47,416 nt of DNA, from the NCBI GenBank assembly GCA_964548195.1, contig CAZJQC010000013.1:1-47416 (forward strand), given 5' to 3'. Made by a program: the position numbers and the translations under genes. Origin of the DNA: an uncultured bacterium. GTDB taxonomy: Bacteria; Macinerneyibacteriota; Macinerneyibacteria; Macinerneyibacteriales; DSCS01. Every line of letters begins with the position of its first letter. The first letter of the stretch is position 1. Under the pieces are notes generated by a model. It had not been told where the DNA came from and ran no database searches. It worked only from the letters and a program-made list of their open reading frames with translations. Positions 27,835 through 37,178 of this stretch are shown in pieces.

Positions 27835-29662
27835 GATGAAAGAGAAAGACTATAACAAGAACTTTGATATAAAGACATGGGGGCGCATATTCGGATATAT
27901 GAGACCCTACCGGAAGCATGTGATCATGCTTGTGTTTTTCATGTTTCTGGTAGGAGGCGCCGACGCCTTGTATCCACAGTTCAACAGAATAGTGATAGAC
28001 AGGTTTATCATACCCCGTCAGACCGCGGGGGTGGAAACCTATATATTTTACTACGCCCTGCTGGTGGCAGTGCAGGCGGTGAGCATATGGGCGTTTATCG
28101 CATTGGCGGGAAAGCTTGAGATGAATCTCAGCTATGATATCAGGAAAGCCGGCTTTAAGAGGCTGCAGGAGCTCTCATTCTCCTATTATGACAAGACGGC
28201 TGTTGGATGGATGATGGCGCGGATGACATCCGATATCACAAGGCTTGGAGAGATCGTCTCCTGGGGCATTGTGGATGTCGCATGGGGGCTGACGCTGATG
28301 GTGAGCATGCTTCTGTTCATGCTGGTCATGAACTGGAAACTGACATTGCTTGCCATGGCCGTGACGCCGGTGCTTGCCGCCGTCAGCTTCTTCTTTCAGA
28401 AGGTGATATTGAAAAGCTACAGAAAGGTCAGAAAGACGAATTCAAGGATAACCGGAGCGTTTAACGAAGGCATCATGGGGGCGAAGACCACGAAGGTGCT
28501 TGTGCTTGAGCGGGAGAACCTGAAAGCGTTCGGGAAGCTCACGGACAGGATGTACGGGTCTTCTGTAAAGGCCGCGGTCTTCAGCGCGCTTTATCTGCCG
28601 GTCGTCCTTACATTGGGGAGCATAGGCACTTCGCTGGCATTGTTTTCCGGCGGCAAAGCCGTGCTTGCGGGGGCTATAACGTACGGGACGTTGTTCATGT
28701 TCATATCCTATACGCTGCAGTTCTTCGAACCTGTTATGTCTCTTGCGGCGATCTTTGCGGAGATGCAGAATGCGCAGGCCTCCGCAGAGAGGGTGCTCGG
28801 CATGATACATGCGGAGCCTTCTGTAAAGGATTCGGCGGAGGTCAAACGGATCTTCGGGGATGTCTTTACCGAGGAAAGAAGCGGATGGCCCGTGATGGAG
28901 GGCGATGTGGAATTCAGACATGTCTCCTTTCAGTACGAGAACGGCGAAAAAGTGCTCGATGACTTCAATCTCAGGGTGAAAGCCGGCCAGACGATCGCCC
29001 TTGTGGGGGAGACCGGGTCCGGCAAAAGCACCATCGTGAACCTGGCATGCCGCTTTTATGAGCCCACGTCGGGAGAGGTGCTGATTGACGGCGTTGATTA
29101 CAGGCAGCGCTCCCTGCTCTGGCTTCAGTCTAACCTTGGTTATGTGCTCCAGTCCCCTCATCTTTTCAGCGGGACGATCATGGAAAACATACGTTACGGG
29201 CGGCTGGAGGCCACGGATGAAGAGGTCATGGCTGCCGCAAGACTTGTAAACGCCGACGGTTTTATCGCAGAGCTTTCCGACGGATATGCCTCCGAAGTCG
29301 GCGAGGGCGGCGGGCGGCTGTCCACAGGGCAGAAACAGCTGATCTCTTTCGCGAGGGCCGTGCTGGCGGATCCCCGCATATTTGTGCTGGATGAGGCCAC
29401 GTCTTCGGTGGATACCGAGACGGAGGCGATGATACAGCAGGCCATCGATACCGTGCTGCGGGGAAGGACCAGCTTCGTGATAGCGCACAGGCTTTCCACG
29501 ATACGGAACGCTTCGCTGATACTGGTCATAAGAAACGGCATCATCACGGAATCCGGCACTCACAGCGAGCTGCTCAGGCATAAAGGTTATTATTACAGCC
29601 TTTACACCAATCAGTTTATGGAGGACAAAGAGGAACGCATACTCGACGAGACAGGCGTCTGA
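27827..29662 (+). CDS. ABC exporter TMD-NBD half-transporter, consensus Walker B subunit (TM288/BmrD-like)
   Basis: GETGSGKST, degenerate signature LSTGQKQL, VLDEATSSVD, IAHRLST; overlaps the partner gene by 8 nt. Confidence 0.93.
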   Translation: MSKMKEKDYNKNFDIKTWGRIFGYMRPYRKHVIMLVFFMFLVGGADALYPQFNRIVIDRFIIPRQTAGVETYIFYYALLVAVQAVSIWAFIALAGKLEMNLSYDIRKAGFKRLQELSFSYYDKTAVGWMMARMTSDITRLGEIVSWGIVDVAWGLTLMVSMLLFMLVMNWKLTLLAMAVTPVLAAVSFFFQKVILKSYRKVRKTNSRITGAFNEGIMGAKTTKVLVLERENLKAFGKLTDRMYGSSVKAAVFSALYLPVVLTLGSIGTSLALFSGGKAVLAGAITYGTLFMFISYTLQFFEPVMSLAAIFAEMQNAQASAERVLGMIHAEPSVKDSAEVKRIFGDVFTEERSGWPVMEGDVEFRHVSFQYENGEKVLDDFNLRVKAGQTIALVGETGSGKSTIVNLACRFYEPTSGEVLIDGVDYRQRSLLWLQSNLGYVLQSPHLFSGTIMENIRYGRLEATDEEVMAAARLVNADGFIAELSDGYASEVGEGGGRLSTGQKQLISFARAVLADPRIFVLDEATSSVDTETEAMIQQAIDTVLRGRTSFVIAHRLSTIRNASLILVIRNGIITESGTHSELLRHKGYYYSLYTNQFMEDKEERILDETGV

Positions 29663-29694
29663 GCCGGGGCGTGTGTTTCATGCTTAGCTATTGA

Positions 29695-29746
29695 GACGGG
29701 CGGGCTGCAATGCCCGCTCCGTCCCTTTCCGCGGGGCGGTTTTTTT
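29695..29746 (+). terminator. Intrinsic terminator overlapped by a competing upstream hairpin
   Basis: CCGTCCC-TTTCCGC-GGGGCGG plus T7 (29719-29746). Upstream stem GACGGGCGGGC/GCCCGCtCCGTC (29695-29723) shares 5 nt with it. Confidence 0.55.
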
Positions 29747-29856
29747 AAAAAAAAGAGAAGGCGGGAGCCGGGGCTAAAGTTTGTCGCCTGCCGAATAAAA
29801 TCTTGAGCGGGCACTTCAACGGGTGTAGTATTATAAAGTAAACGGGAGGTGCGCAG

Positions 29857-31620
29857 ATGGAACACAGATGGGATCTGACGCCGTTGTACGCGTCATTCGA
29901 ATCAGCGGAATTCAAACAGGACATTGACAGCATCAGGGATATGATAGCGGAATACGACAAATGGACCGCGTCCGCGGATCAGATGACGGATGAAACCGCC
30001 GCGGTGGAAAAATACATAGATATGGAAAATGAACTGGGAAGGCTTGTTTCCAAGGCTTTTACATTTTGTTCGCTTACGCTCAGCGTTGAGACAAAAAACG
30101 AGAAGGCCCAGTCCAACATGGATACGCTTCAAAAGATCATGGTGTCCGCCAGGCTGCCGCGTGTCAGGTTTCAGCGTTGGGTAAAGGAAAAAGACATTGA
30201 GGGTCTTGCGAGGTCTTCGGAAAAGATAAAGGCGCATGAATTTGTCCTGACGGAACTTGCCCGGGAAGGGCGATACCTGCTTGATGACACCGTGGAAGAC
30301 ATAGTCGCGCGGCTCTCCACGACGGGCGGGCGCGCGTGGAGCACATTGCAGGGACTCCTTTCGGCGAACCTGATGGTGGAATATAAGGCGGAGGACGAAG
30401 TAAAGAGCGTGCCTCTTACGGTGGCGAGAAACCTTGCGCATTCGCAGTCGGCCGGGACGAGAAAAGCCGCGTATGAGGGAGAGCTGGCGGCATACAAAAA
30501 GATCGAGGACTCTTCGGCGGCTGCGTTGAACGCGATCAAAGGCGAAGTGCTGACCATGGCGGAGCTGCGCGGTTATGAATCGCCCCTTGAGATGACGTTG
30601 ACGGAGTCGCGCATGACGCGCAGCGCGCTGGACGCCATGATGGAGGCGGTGCGCGAATATCTTCCGGTGTTCAGGTCCTATTTCAGGAAAAAAGCGGAGG
30701 CGCTGGGCTACAAAGGCGGACTCAAGTTTTATGACCTTTTCGCGCCCCTGGGCTCATCGGACAAGACGTATTCCTATGAAGAGGCCAGAGGAGTTGTGAC
30801 GGGCAATTTCGGCAGTTTCAGCCCCGCTCTCGCGTCGTTTGCCGAAAAAGCCTTTGACGAAAACTGGATCGACCTTGAGCCGAGGGAGGGAAAACGGGGC
30901 GGCGCTTTCTGTTCCAACATCCATCCGATCGGCCAAAGCAGGATACTTGCGAATTTCAGCGGGAGCATCAAGAACGTGATCACACTGGCCCATGAGCTGG
31001 GGCACGGCTATCATGGCCATTGCCTTATGGATTCGACACTGCTGGATTCGAGGTATCCCATGCCCCTGGCCGAGACGGCCTCGATATTCTGTGAGACAGT
31101 TGTAAAGGAATCGCTGCTTAAAGGCATGAGCGGCGACGAGAAGACCGCTTTTCTGGAGAACGCGCTATGCGGAGAGGCCCAGATCGTTGTGGATATTTAC
31201 AGCCGATACCTCTTTGAGACAGAGCTTTTCGCCCTAAGGGACACGCGCACTCTGCCTGCGAGGGAATTAAAAGAACTCATGGAAAAGGCGCAGAAGGACG
31301 CATACGGCGACGGGCTTGATCCCGATGTCCTGCATCCTTATATGTGGGCCAACAAGCCCCATTATTATATGACGGGCCGTCATTTCTATAATTTCCCCTA
31401 CACCTTCGGGCTGTTGTTCGCAAAGGGCCTGTACGCGGAGTATCTTAAAGACCGGGAGTCTTTTGTGGCGCGTTATGACGAGTTTCTCCGGCTGACCGGC
31501 CGCAGCGATGTGTCGACAGCGGCCGCTTACATGGGTATTGACGTGGAGGATGTCTCCTTCTGGAAGGGCTCTCTTGAGATAATAAAGAAAGAAGCGGATG
31601 AGTTTAGCCGGTCTGTGTGA
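29857..31620 (+). CDS. pepF: Oligoendopeptidase F family (M3B) peptidase
   Basis: WDLTPLY, WID..PREGKRGGAFC, TLAHELGHGYH (HExxH), LAETAS.F.E, W..KPHYY, FYNFPYTFG. Confidence 0.92.
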   Translation: MEHRWDLTPLYASFESAEFKQDIDSIRDMIAEYDKWTASADQMTDETAAVEKYIDMENELGRLVSKAFTFCSLTLSVETKNEKAQSNMDTLQKIMVSARLPRVRFQRWVKEKDIEGLARSSEKIKAHEFVLTELAREGRYLLDDTVEDIVARLSTTGGRAWSTLQGLLSANLMVEYKAEDEVKSVPLTVARNLAHSQSAGTRKAAYEGELAAYKKIEDSSAAALNAIKGEVLTMAELRGYESPLEMTLTESRMTRSALDAMMEAVREYLPVFRSYFRKKAEALGYKGGLKFYDLFAPLGSSDKTYSYEEARGVVTGNFGSFSPALASFAEKAFDENWIDLEPREGKRGGAFCSNIHPIGQSRILANFSGSIKNVITLAHELGHGYHGHCLMDSTLLDSRYPMPLAETASIFCETVVKESLLKGMSGDEKTAFLENALCGEAQIVVDIYSRYLFETELFALRDTRTLPARELKELMEKAQKDAYGDGLDPDVLHPYMWANKPHYYMTGRHFYNFPYTFGLLFAKGLYAEYLKDRESFVARYDEFLRLTGRSDVSTAAAYMGIDVEDVSFWKGSLEIIKKEADEFSRSV

Positions 31621-31668
31621 CACGGATGGGCCGGCGCCGGGGAACCGGCAAGACGTGAATGGAGAAAT

Positions 31669-33516
31669 ATGGGATTGATCAATAAAGTGTGGCCGGCCAG
31701 GGACCTTCATACTATCAGGGATATGGTTGACAATGTGCGTGACGACGTCTGGAGCAGGACTGCTTTGACCATGATGACGGACAATGGGTATGCATCGCTC
31801 ACTTACAGGGAGATGCGCGATACTGTCCGGTCTCTGGGGAATGCGATGTTAAGATCGGGGATACGCAGTGGCGACAGGATCGGGCTTTTGTCTGAAAACC
31901 GCAACGAGTGGATACTCACCTATCTTGCAGTCACCTATATCGGCGCTGTCATAGTGCCTTTTGACAGCCTGTTGAGCGAGGATTCGCTGAGGCTGCTGTT
32001 TTCTTCCAGTTCCATACGCATGCTGTTCACATCCGACAGGTATTTCGACAAGTTCAGGGACCTCATTGAAAACGGGTATGACATAGAGACAACGGTGCTC
32101 TTTGACATGCATCCGGCTCTTGTGGAAGATGCTTCAAAAAAGGGCCTGCTGGAAAGCAGGGAAAATATACGCTTTGAGACCGGATGGCCGGAACTTGCGC
32201 GCAGGGCGGCCGCCGAAAAAACGCCATATGCGAAGAGAAAGATCCTGTTTTTTGACGAGTTTTCCGTGATGGGCAAAGTCTCGATGCAAAACGGCCAAGA
32301 TATGGTTTCGGACTCATCCGTGGAGCCTGACGACACCGCGGCGATCATCTACACTTCCGGCACCACGGGCATTCCCAAGGGTGTGTTGCTCAGCCATGAC
32401 AACCTGGTCTCCGACGGGGATGCCATACAGCAGACCTCTGTGCCGGGCAAGGACGACAACTGGATACTTGTGCTGCCTTTACACCACACTTTTCCGACGA
32501 TCACCGGTATTTTCGTGCCCTTTCTGAACTACGGCAGGGTCACGACCATACCCACTTTCCGCACCGACATACTCACCAAAATCATGGCTGAGACAAAGGC
32601 CACGTATGTCCCCTCCGTCCCGCTGCTTGTGGAGAAGATATACAAGAGGATCATGTCGAACGTGATGAAAAGCGCGCTGCCTGTGAGGATGATATTCGGG
32701 CTGTTGTTCGGGTTGTCCTCGTTTTTTTACAGGGCCTTCCACTGGCATGCGGGCAAATATCTTTTTGCCAGCGTGAGGCGAAAAGCCGGGCTTTCCAATC
32801 TCACGGCTTTTATCTGCGGCGGCGGGTCTATACCCCCTGAGATCATACACGGCATGAACATAATAGGTTTGAGGGTATGCCAGGGTTACGGCCTTACGGA
32901 GACGTCTCCGGTGGTCTCCTCCTGCGTGCCGGCCCATGACCGTGTCGGATCAGTCGGACTTCCGCTGGTGAACGTCATGGTCCGCATAGAATCGCCGGAC
33001 TCCGAAGGCAACGGCGAGATATATATCAAGGGCCCGACCGTGATGAAGGGTTACGACGGAGACCCGGAAGCCACAGACGCCGTTTTAAAGGACGGCTGGC
33101 TGAAGACCGGCGACATCGGCTATCAGGACGAGGACGGGTATTTGTACATATCGGGACGGCTGAAAAACATCATAGTGACAAAAGGGGGAAAGAACATCTA
33201 TCCCGAGGAGATCGAAAACCTCCTGCTTCAAAGCCCTTTCATCTCCGAGACTGTCGTGATCCCGAAAGCCGCCAAAGACGGCTTCGAACAGCCGTTCGCG
33301 GTCATATGCCCGAACCTTGAGGCCGTAGAGACACATGTTACCGAACATGACCTGACAGGCGAGACCAAGGCCATGAGGGAATTGATCAGAAAAGAGATAC
33401 TCAGAGTCACTGAGGGCATACCTTCATATAAGGTGCCGCGTGAGTTTGAGATAACTCTGGAGGAACTCCCGAAGACGTCGACAAACAAGGTCAAAAGATT
33501 TATGTTCTCAAAATGA
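31669..33516 (+). CDS. Long-chain fatty acyl-CoA synthetase (AMP-binding)
   Basis: IIYTSGTTGIPKGV.LSH.N, LPLHH, QGYGLTETSP, GWLKTGDIG, GR.KNIIV..GGKNIYPEEIE, LPKTST.KVKR. Confidence 0.9.
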   Translation: MGLINKVWPARDLHTIRDMVDNVRDDVWSRTALTMMTDNGYASLTYREMRDTVRSLGNAMLRSGIRSGDRIGLLSENRNEWILTYLAVTYIGAVIVPFDSLLSEDSLRLLFSSSSIRMLFTSDRYFDKFRDLIENGYDIETTVLFDMHPALVEDASKKGLLESRENIRFETGWPELARRAAAEKTPYAKRKILFFDEFSVMGKVSMQNGQDMVSDSSVEPDDTAAIIYTSGTTGIPKGVLLSHDNLVSDGDAIQQTSVPGKDDNWILVLPLHHTFPTITGIFVPFLNYGRVTTIPTFRTDILTKIMAETKATYVPSVPLLVEKIYKRIMSNVMKSALPVRMIFGLLFGLSSFFYRAFHWHAGKYLFASVRRKAGLSNLTAFICGGGSIPPEIIHGMNIIGLRVCQGYGLTETSPVVSSCVPAHDRVGSVGLPLVNVMVRIESPDSEGNGEIYIKGPTVMKGYDGDPEATDAVLKDGWLKTGDIGYQDEDGYLYISGRLKNIIVTKGGKNIYPEEIENLLLQSPFISETVVIPKAAKDGFEQPFAVICPNLEAVETHVTEHDLTGETKAMRELIRKEILRVTEGIPSYKVPREFEITLEELPKTSTNKVKRFMFSK

Positions 33517-33570
33517 GCGCATGAATATGCGTTCGAAAAGGAGCCGCGTGAGGCGGCTCCTTCCTGTTTT
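33515..33570. terminator. Bidirectional terminator between the acyl-CoA ligase and ahcY
   Basis: AAGGAGCCGC-GTGAG-GCGGCTCCTT (33538-33562) with A/T flanks, preceded by a smaller hairpin GAGCGCAT-GAAT-ATGCGTTC. Confidence 0.75.
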
Positions 33571-33573
33571 ATA

Positions 33574-34875
33574 TCAGTATCTGTAATGTCCGGGTTTGTA
33601 CGGCCCCTCCGGGTCCACGGAGAGGTATTCGGCCTGTTTTTCCGAGAGGCGGGTCAGTCTGACGCCAAGTTTGTCCAGATGCAGCCGGGCCACTTCCTCA
33701 TCCAGCAGTTTTGGAAGCATATATACTTTTCCCCGCTCATATTTTTCTGTCTCCGTGAACAGCGATATCTGAGCCAGCACCTGGTTTGTAAAAGAGGCGC
33801 TCATGACAAATGACGGATGCCCCGTGGCGTTGCCCAGGTTTACAAGCCGGCCTTCTGAAAGCAGTATGATCGAATGGCCGTCCGGAAAGATGAACTTGTC
33901 CACAAGAGGCTTGATGTTTATCCGCTTTACCGCATCCGAGGAGAAGAGGGGCGCGGCTTCTATCTCATTGTCGAAATGTCCGATGTTGCACACGATAGCC
34001 TCATCCTTCATGTGTTCCATGTGTTTGAATGTGACTACGTCGCAGTTGCCTGTGGCCGTGACGAAGATATCGCCCTGTTTTTTTTCGATGATGCTGTCCA
34101 GCGTGGTGACCTCATAGCCTTCCATGGCGGCCTGCAGGGCGCAGATCGGGTCTATCTCCGTGACGAGCACCCTGGCGCCGAGGCCTCTCATGGACTGGGC
34201 GCAGCCTTTTCCGACTTCGCCGAAGCCGCATACGACGACGGTCTTCCCCGCTATCATCACATCGGTGGCGCGTTTTATGCCGTCTGCCAGCGATTCACGG
34301 CATCCGTATGTGTTGTCGAACTTTGATTTCGTCACGGAATCGTTCACGTTGAGAGCGCGTGTTTTCAGCGTCCCCCTGCGTTCCATGTCATAAAGCCTGT
34401 GGACTCCGGTGGTGGTCTCCTCGCTCAGTCCGATGATGCCCTCAAGCAGTTCGGGATGACGCTGGTGGACGACAAGGGTGAGGTCCCCGCCGTCGTCTAT
34501 TATGGATGTCGGCCCTTTGCCGCCGGGCCATTTCAGGGTCTGTTCCGTGCACCACCAGTATTCCTCTTCCGTCTCGCCTTTCCACGCGAATACGGGTATC
34601 CCTTTTTCCGCCATCGCGGCGGCGGCGTGGTCCTGTGTCGAAAAGACATTGCATGAAGCCCATCTGACGTCGGCGCCCAGAACGGTGAGCGTCTCTATCA
34701 GCACGGCGGTCTGTATTGTCATATGCAGCGAGCCGGCTATGCGGGCGCCCTGAAGGGGGCGCGACTTCGCATACTTTTTTCTCAGTGCCATGAGCCCCGG
34801 CATCTCCTTTTCGGCCATCTCTATCTCTCTCCGGCCCCAGGGGGCCAGGGTTATGTCCGCTATCTTGTAATCCAT
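33574..34875 (-). CDS. ahcY: Adenosylhomocysteinase (SAH hydrolase)
   Basis: [87 protein letters not shown]. Confidence 0.98.
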   Translation of the reverse strand: MDYKIADITLAPWGRREIEMAEKEMPGLMALRKKYAKSRPLQGARIAGSLHMTIQTAVLIETLTVLGADVRWASCNVFSTQDHAAAAMAEKGIPVFAWKGETEEEYWWCTEQTLKWPGGKGPTSIIDDGGDLTLVVHQRHPELLEGIIGLSEETTTGVHRLYDMERRGTLKTRALNVNDSVTKSKFDNTYGCRESLADGIKRATDVMIAGKTVVVCGFGEVGKGCAQSMRGLGARVLVTEIDPICALQAAMEGYEVTTLDSIIEKKQGDIFVTATGNCDVVTFKHMEHMKDEAIVCNIGHFDNEIEAAPLFSSDAVKRINIKPLVDKFIFPDGHSIILLSEGRLVNLGNATGHPSFVMSASFTNQVLAQISLFTETEKYERGKVYMLPKLLDEEVARLHLDKLGVRLTRLSEKQAEYLSVDPEGPYKPGHYRY

Positions 34876-34934
34876 AAATTACCTCCCTCTTGAAAATATC
34901 GAATAATGTTTTGAGATGCAACGGAATAATGGGC

Positions 34935-35135
34935 CTACACGATCTTTTTCTTTATGCCTTCCAGGTCATCTTCTATGACAAGTTCTTTGCCTTGCGTCCA
35001 GGCGTATACGTAATCACAGTTGCGGCAGTGAAGATAAGGCGTTCCCGGCATGTAGATGTTCTCATAAAAACACATCGGGCATTTAAGCCGCAGAGGCGTC
35101 TTTATATCTGTTAAAAGCAGGCGTTTTATTTTCAT
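34935..35135 (-). CDS. Small zinc-ribbon protein resembling the C-terminal half of HypA
   Basis: CPMC-x14-CRNC followed by GKELVIED. Fills the gap between PHP and ahcY on the same strand. No clear RBS (ATG 35135 or TTG 35141). Confidence 0.55.
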   Translation of the reverse strand: MKIKRLLLTDIKTPLRLKCPMCFYENIYMPGTPYLHCRNCDYVYAWTQGKELVIEDDLEGIKKKIV

Positions 35136-35150
35136 GTTCAAATATAGTTT

Positions 35151-35942
35151 TCAGCGTTTGAAATCACAACCCGGCAATGCGGTTTTTTTCATGTTATGTG
35201 AAAAAAGATCGCTTCCGTGAGCGTCCGAACCCGAGGTGGCGGCCAGTCCGTATTTTTCGGAAAGGGTGTTGACGGAACTGCAGTACCGGTCGGAATCATT
35301 TTTCGACGGAAAACGCGACGGGCAGCGCATATGATAGGGGTAATACGTCTCGATGCCCCTGAGCGATGCGGAGCGCATCTTGGAAAGCAATACGTCCGTA
35401 TCTTTCCCGTAAAGGCCGGGATGGGCAAGCACGGGTATGCCGCCCGCGGCTGTGATCAGCGCCGACGCTTTTTTGACCGTGAGCCTTGTGAAGCCGGTGC
35501 CGAACGAGCGCAGTATTCCCGAGGCATCGCGGTAATCCGCGGCTTTGCCAGAGCGCACAAGGCTGTGCAGCACGTCTATGCGCATGGGCGTCTTCCCCTT
35601 CGATATCAGCGCGGAGGACGAGCCGAGTATGCCGGCCGCCCATTTGAGCCGAGATTCGCGTATGTTTTTCAGGGCGTTCATGAGGGGAGGGTCAAAGGGG
35701 TCTATGCAGTATCCCAGCACATGGTATTCATTTCCGTCCATATGGCATGAGATCTCAACGCCGGGAATGACCGTGATGTTCTTTAAGAGCATTATGCGGC
35801 TTTTATGATAGGCGCCCATAGAATCATGATCCGTTACCGAGATCACGTCTATACCCATCTCCGCGGCTTTGTCGGCCACCTGTTCCGGAGAAAGGAGTCC
35901 GTCGGAATAAGTGGAATGTATGTGAAGGTCGACTGACAGCAT
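35151..35942 (-). CDS. PHP-domain phosphoesterase (TrpH/YciV-like)
   Basis: DLHIHSTYSDG, TDHD, IPGVEIS, HVLGY, VLAHP, GIE.YY, GSDAHG. Confidence 0.9.
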   Translation of the reverse strand: MLSVDLHIHSTYSDGLLSPEQVADKAAEMGIDVISVTDHDSMGAYHKSRIMLLKNITVIPGVEISCHMDGNEYHVLGYCIDPFDPPLMNALKNIRESRLKWAAGILGSSSALISKGKTPMRIDVLHSLVRSGKAADYRDASGILRSFGTGFTRLTVKKASALITAAGGIPVLAHPGLYGKDTDVLLSKMRSASLRGIETYYPYHMRCPSRFPSKNDSDRYCSSVNTLSEKYGLAATSGSDAHGSDLFSHNMKKTALPGCDFKR

Positions 35943-36022
35943 CCTGTCCTTTCCATGCGCTTGAAAGGCTGAAATCGGTATAAATTGCCTTTGTTACAAT
36001 AAAATACGCTTTTAAAATACTG

Positions 36023-36051
36023 TTGACAATAGTTTTGTGTACTTTTATACT
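36023..36051 (+). promoter_or_regulatory. Near-consensus sigma70 promoter for the mgl module
   Basis: TTGACA-17nt-TATACT. Confidence 0.75.
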
Positions 36052-36075
36052 TGAGGGGATAAACGGGAGGTCTCT

Positions 36076-36573
36076 ATGTTTCAGGATGGCTTGATAATGT
36101 ATGAAGATAGCTTTGAAAAAATAAATGCCATATTGGATGAACTCATGCGGTCGTCCAAGTCCCAATGCGTTTTTCTCGTGGACAAAAGCGGGCAGCTTAT
36201 TACCATGAGAGGCAAGATGGAGCGCTTTGATTCGACTGCTTTCGCGTCACTTTCCGCGGGAAATTTCGCGGCGACCAGCGAACTGGCCAAACTGATAGGG
36301 GAAACCGAATTTTCCGTTCTCTTCCATGAAGGCGTCAATGACAGCATACATATATCCATTGTGGCGGGCAGCATTATCATGGTGGTCGTTTTTCAGGTAA
36401 ATCAGACCTCTCTGGGTCTGGTGAGGCTTGAAGTCAAAAAAAGTATTGAGCAGTTGGCGCATGTGTTGAAGGATATGGTTGAGCGCAGCAGGACCGACGG
36501 TCAAATAGAAAGACTGGACGAATCGTTTACTCAGGCAATTGAAAATGAGATCGACAGCCTGTTTCAGGATTGA
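36076..36573 (+). CDS. mglB: Roadblock/LC7 protein, MglB (GAP of MglA)
   Basis: VFLVDKSGQLI, D.TAFASLSAGNFAAT.ELAKLIGE.EFSVLFHEG, TSLGLVRL, and a C-terminal acidic helix EIDSLFQD. Directly upstream of mglA. Confidence 0.9.
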   Translation: MFQDGLIMYEDSFEKINAILDELMRSSKSQCVFLVDKSGQLITMRGKMERFDSTAFASLSAGNFAATSELAKLIGETEFSVLFHEGVNDSIHISIVAGSIIMVVVFQVNQTSLGLVRLEVKKSIEQLAHVLKDMVERSRTDGQIERLDESFTQAIENEIDSLFQD

Positions 36574-36589
36574 AGATTAAGGAGGAAGC

Positions 36590-37177
36590 ATGTCGCTTAT
36601 CAACTACGCATCCAGAGAGATAAACTGTAAGATCGTCTATTACGGTCCGGGGCTGGGCGGAAAGACCACGAATATAAAATATGTGTACAAGCAGATAGAT
36701 CCTTCGGCCAGAGGCAAACTTGTCTCCCTTGCCACGGAGGCGGACAGAACGCTTTTTTTCGATTTTCTTCCCCTTGACCTGGGTCAGGTGCAGGGTTTTA
36801 AGACGCGTTTTCATCTCTACACCGTCCCGGGGCAGGTCCATTATGACGCGAGCCGCCGCCTGATACTTAAAGGCGCCGACGGCGTTGTCTTTGTGGCGGA
36901 TGCCCAGCGCGAGCGGCTGGACCAGAACATTGAGAGCCTTGAGAACCTCCGTGTGAATCTGATCAGTCAGAACCTGGACCCGGAAGCCATACCGTTTGTA
37001 ATACAGTACAACAAGATGGACCTGGCAAATGTCATGAGTTCGGACGAGATGGAGTCAAAGCTCAATCCGAAGGGATATTTGTCGTTTGAGGCAATAGCCG
37101 TTGAGGGTATCGGCGTTTTTGATACGCTGAAAGCCATAAGCAAACTGGTTTTGAAATCAATAAGCGAGGGCAGATAA
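36590..37177 (+). CDS. mglA: Ras-like small GTPase MglA
   Basis: 195 aa; [23 protein letters not shown] (G1), [14 protein letters not shown] (G2 with intrinsic Arg finger), LYTVPGQV (G3), QYNKMD (G4), [13 protein letters not shown]. Confidence 0.96.
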   Translation: MSLINYASREINCKIVYYGPGLGGKTTNIKYVYKQIDPSARGKLVSLATEADRTLFFDFLPLDLGQVQGFKTRFHLYTVPGQVHYDASRRLILKGADGVVFVADAQRERLDQNIESLENLRVNLISQNLDPEAIPFVIQYNKMDLANVMSSDEMESKLNPKGYLSFEAIAVEGIGVFDTLKAISKLVLKSISEGR

Positions 37178-37178
37178 C

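Noticed and set aside
10980..29801. Repeated 12-mer GCCGAATAAAAT upstream of the tRNA (10980) and pepF (29790) promoters
   Set aside because: Only two copies, non-palindromic and at different distances from the -35; compatible with chance.
34876..34934. SAH or SAM riboswitch upstream of ahcY
   Set aside because: Only about 60 nt, AT-rich, taken up by a promoter-like TTGCAT-17nt-TATTTT and the RBS; no riboswitch stems seen.
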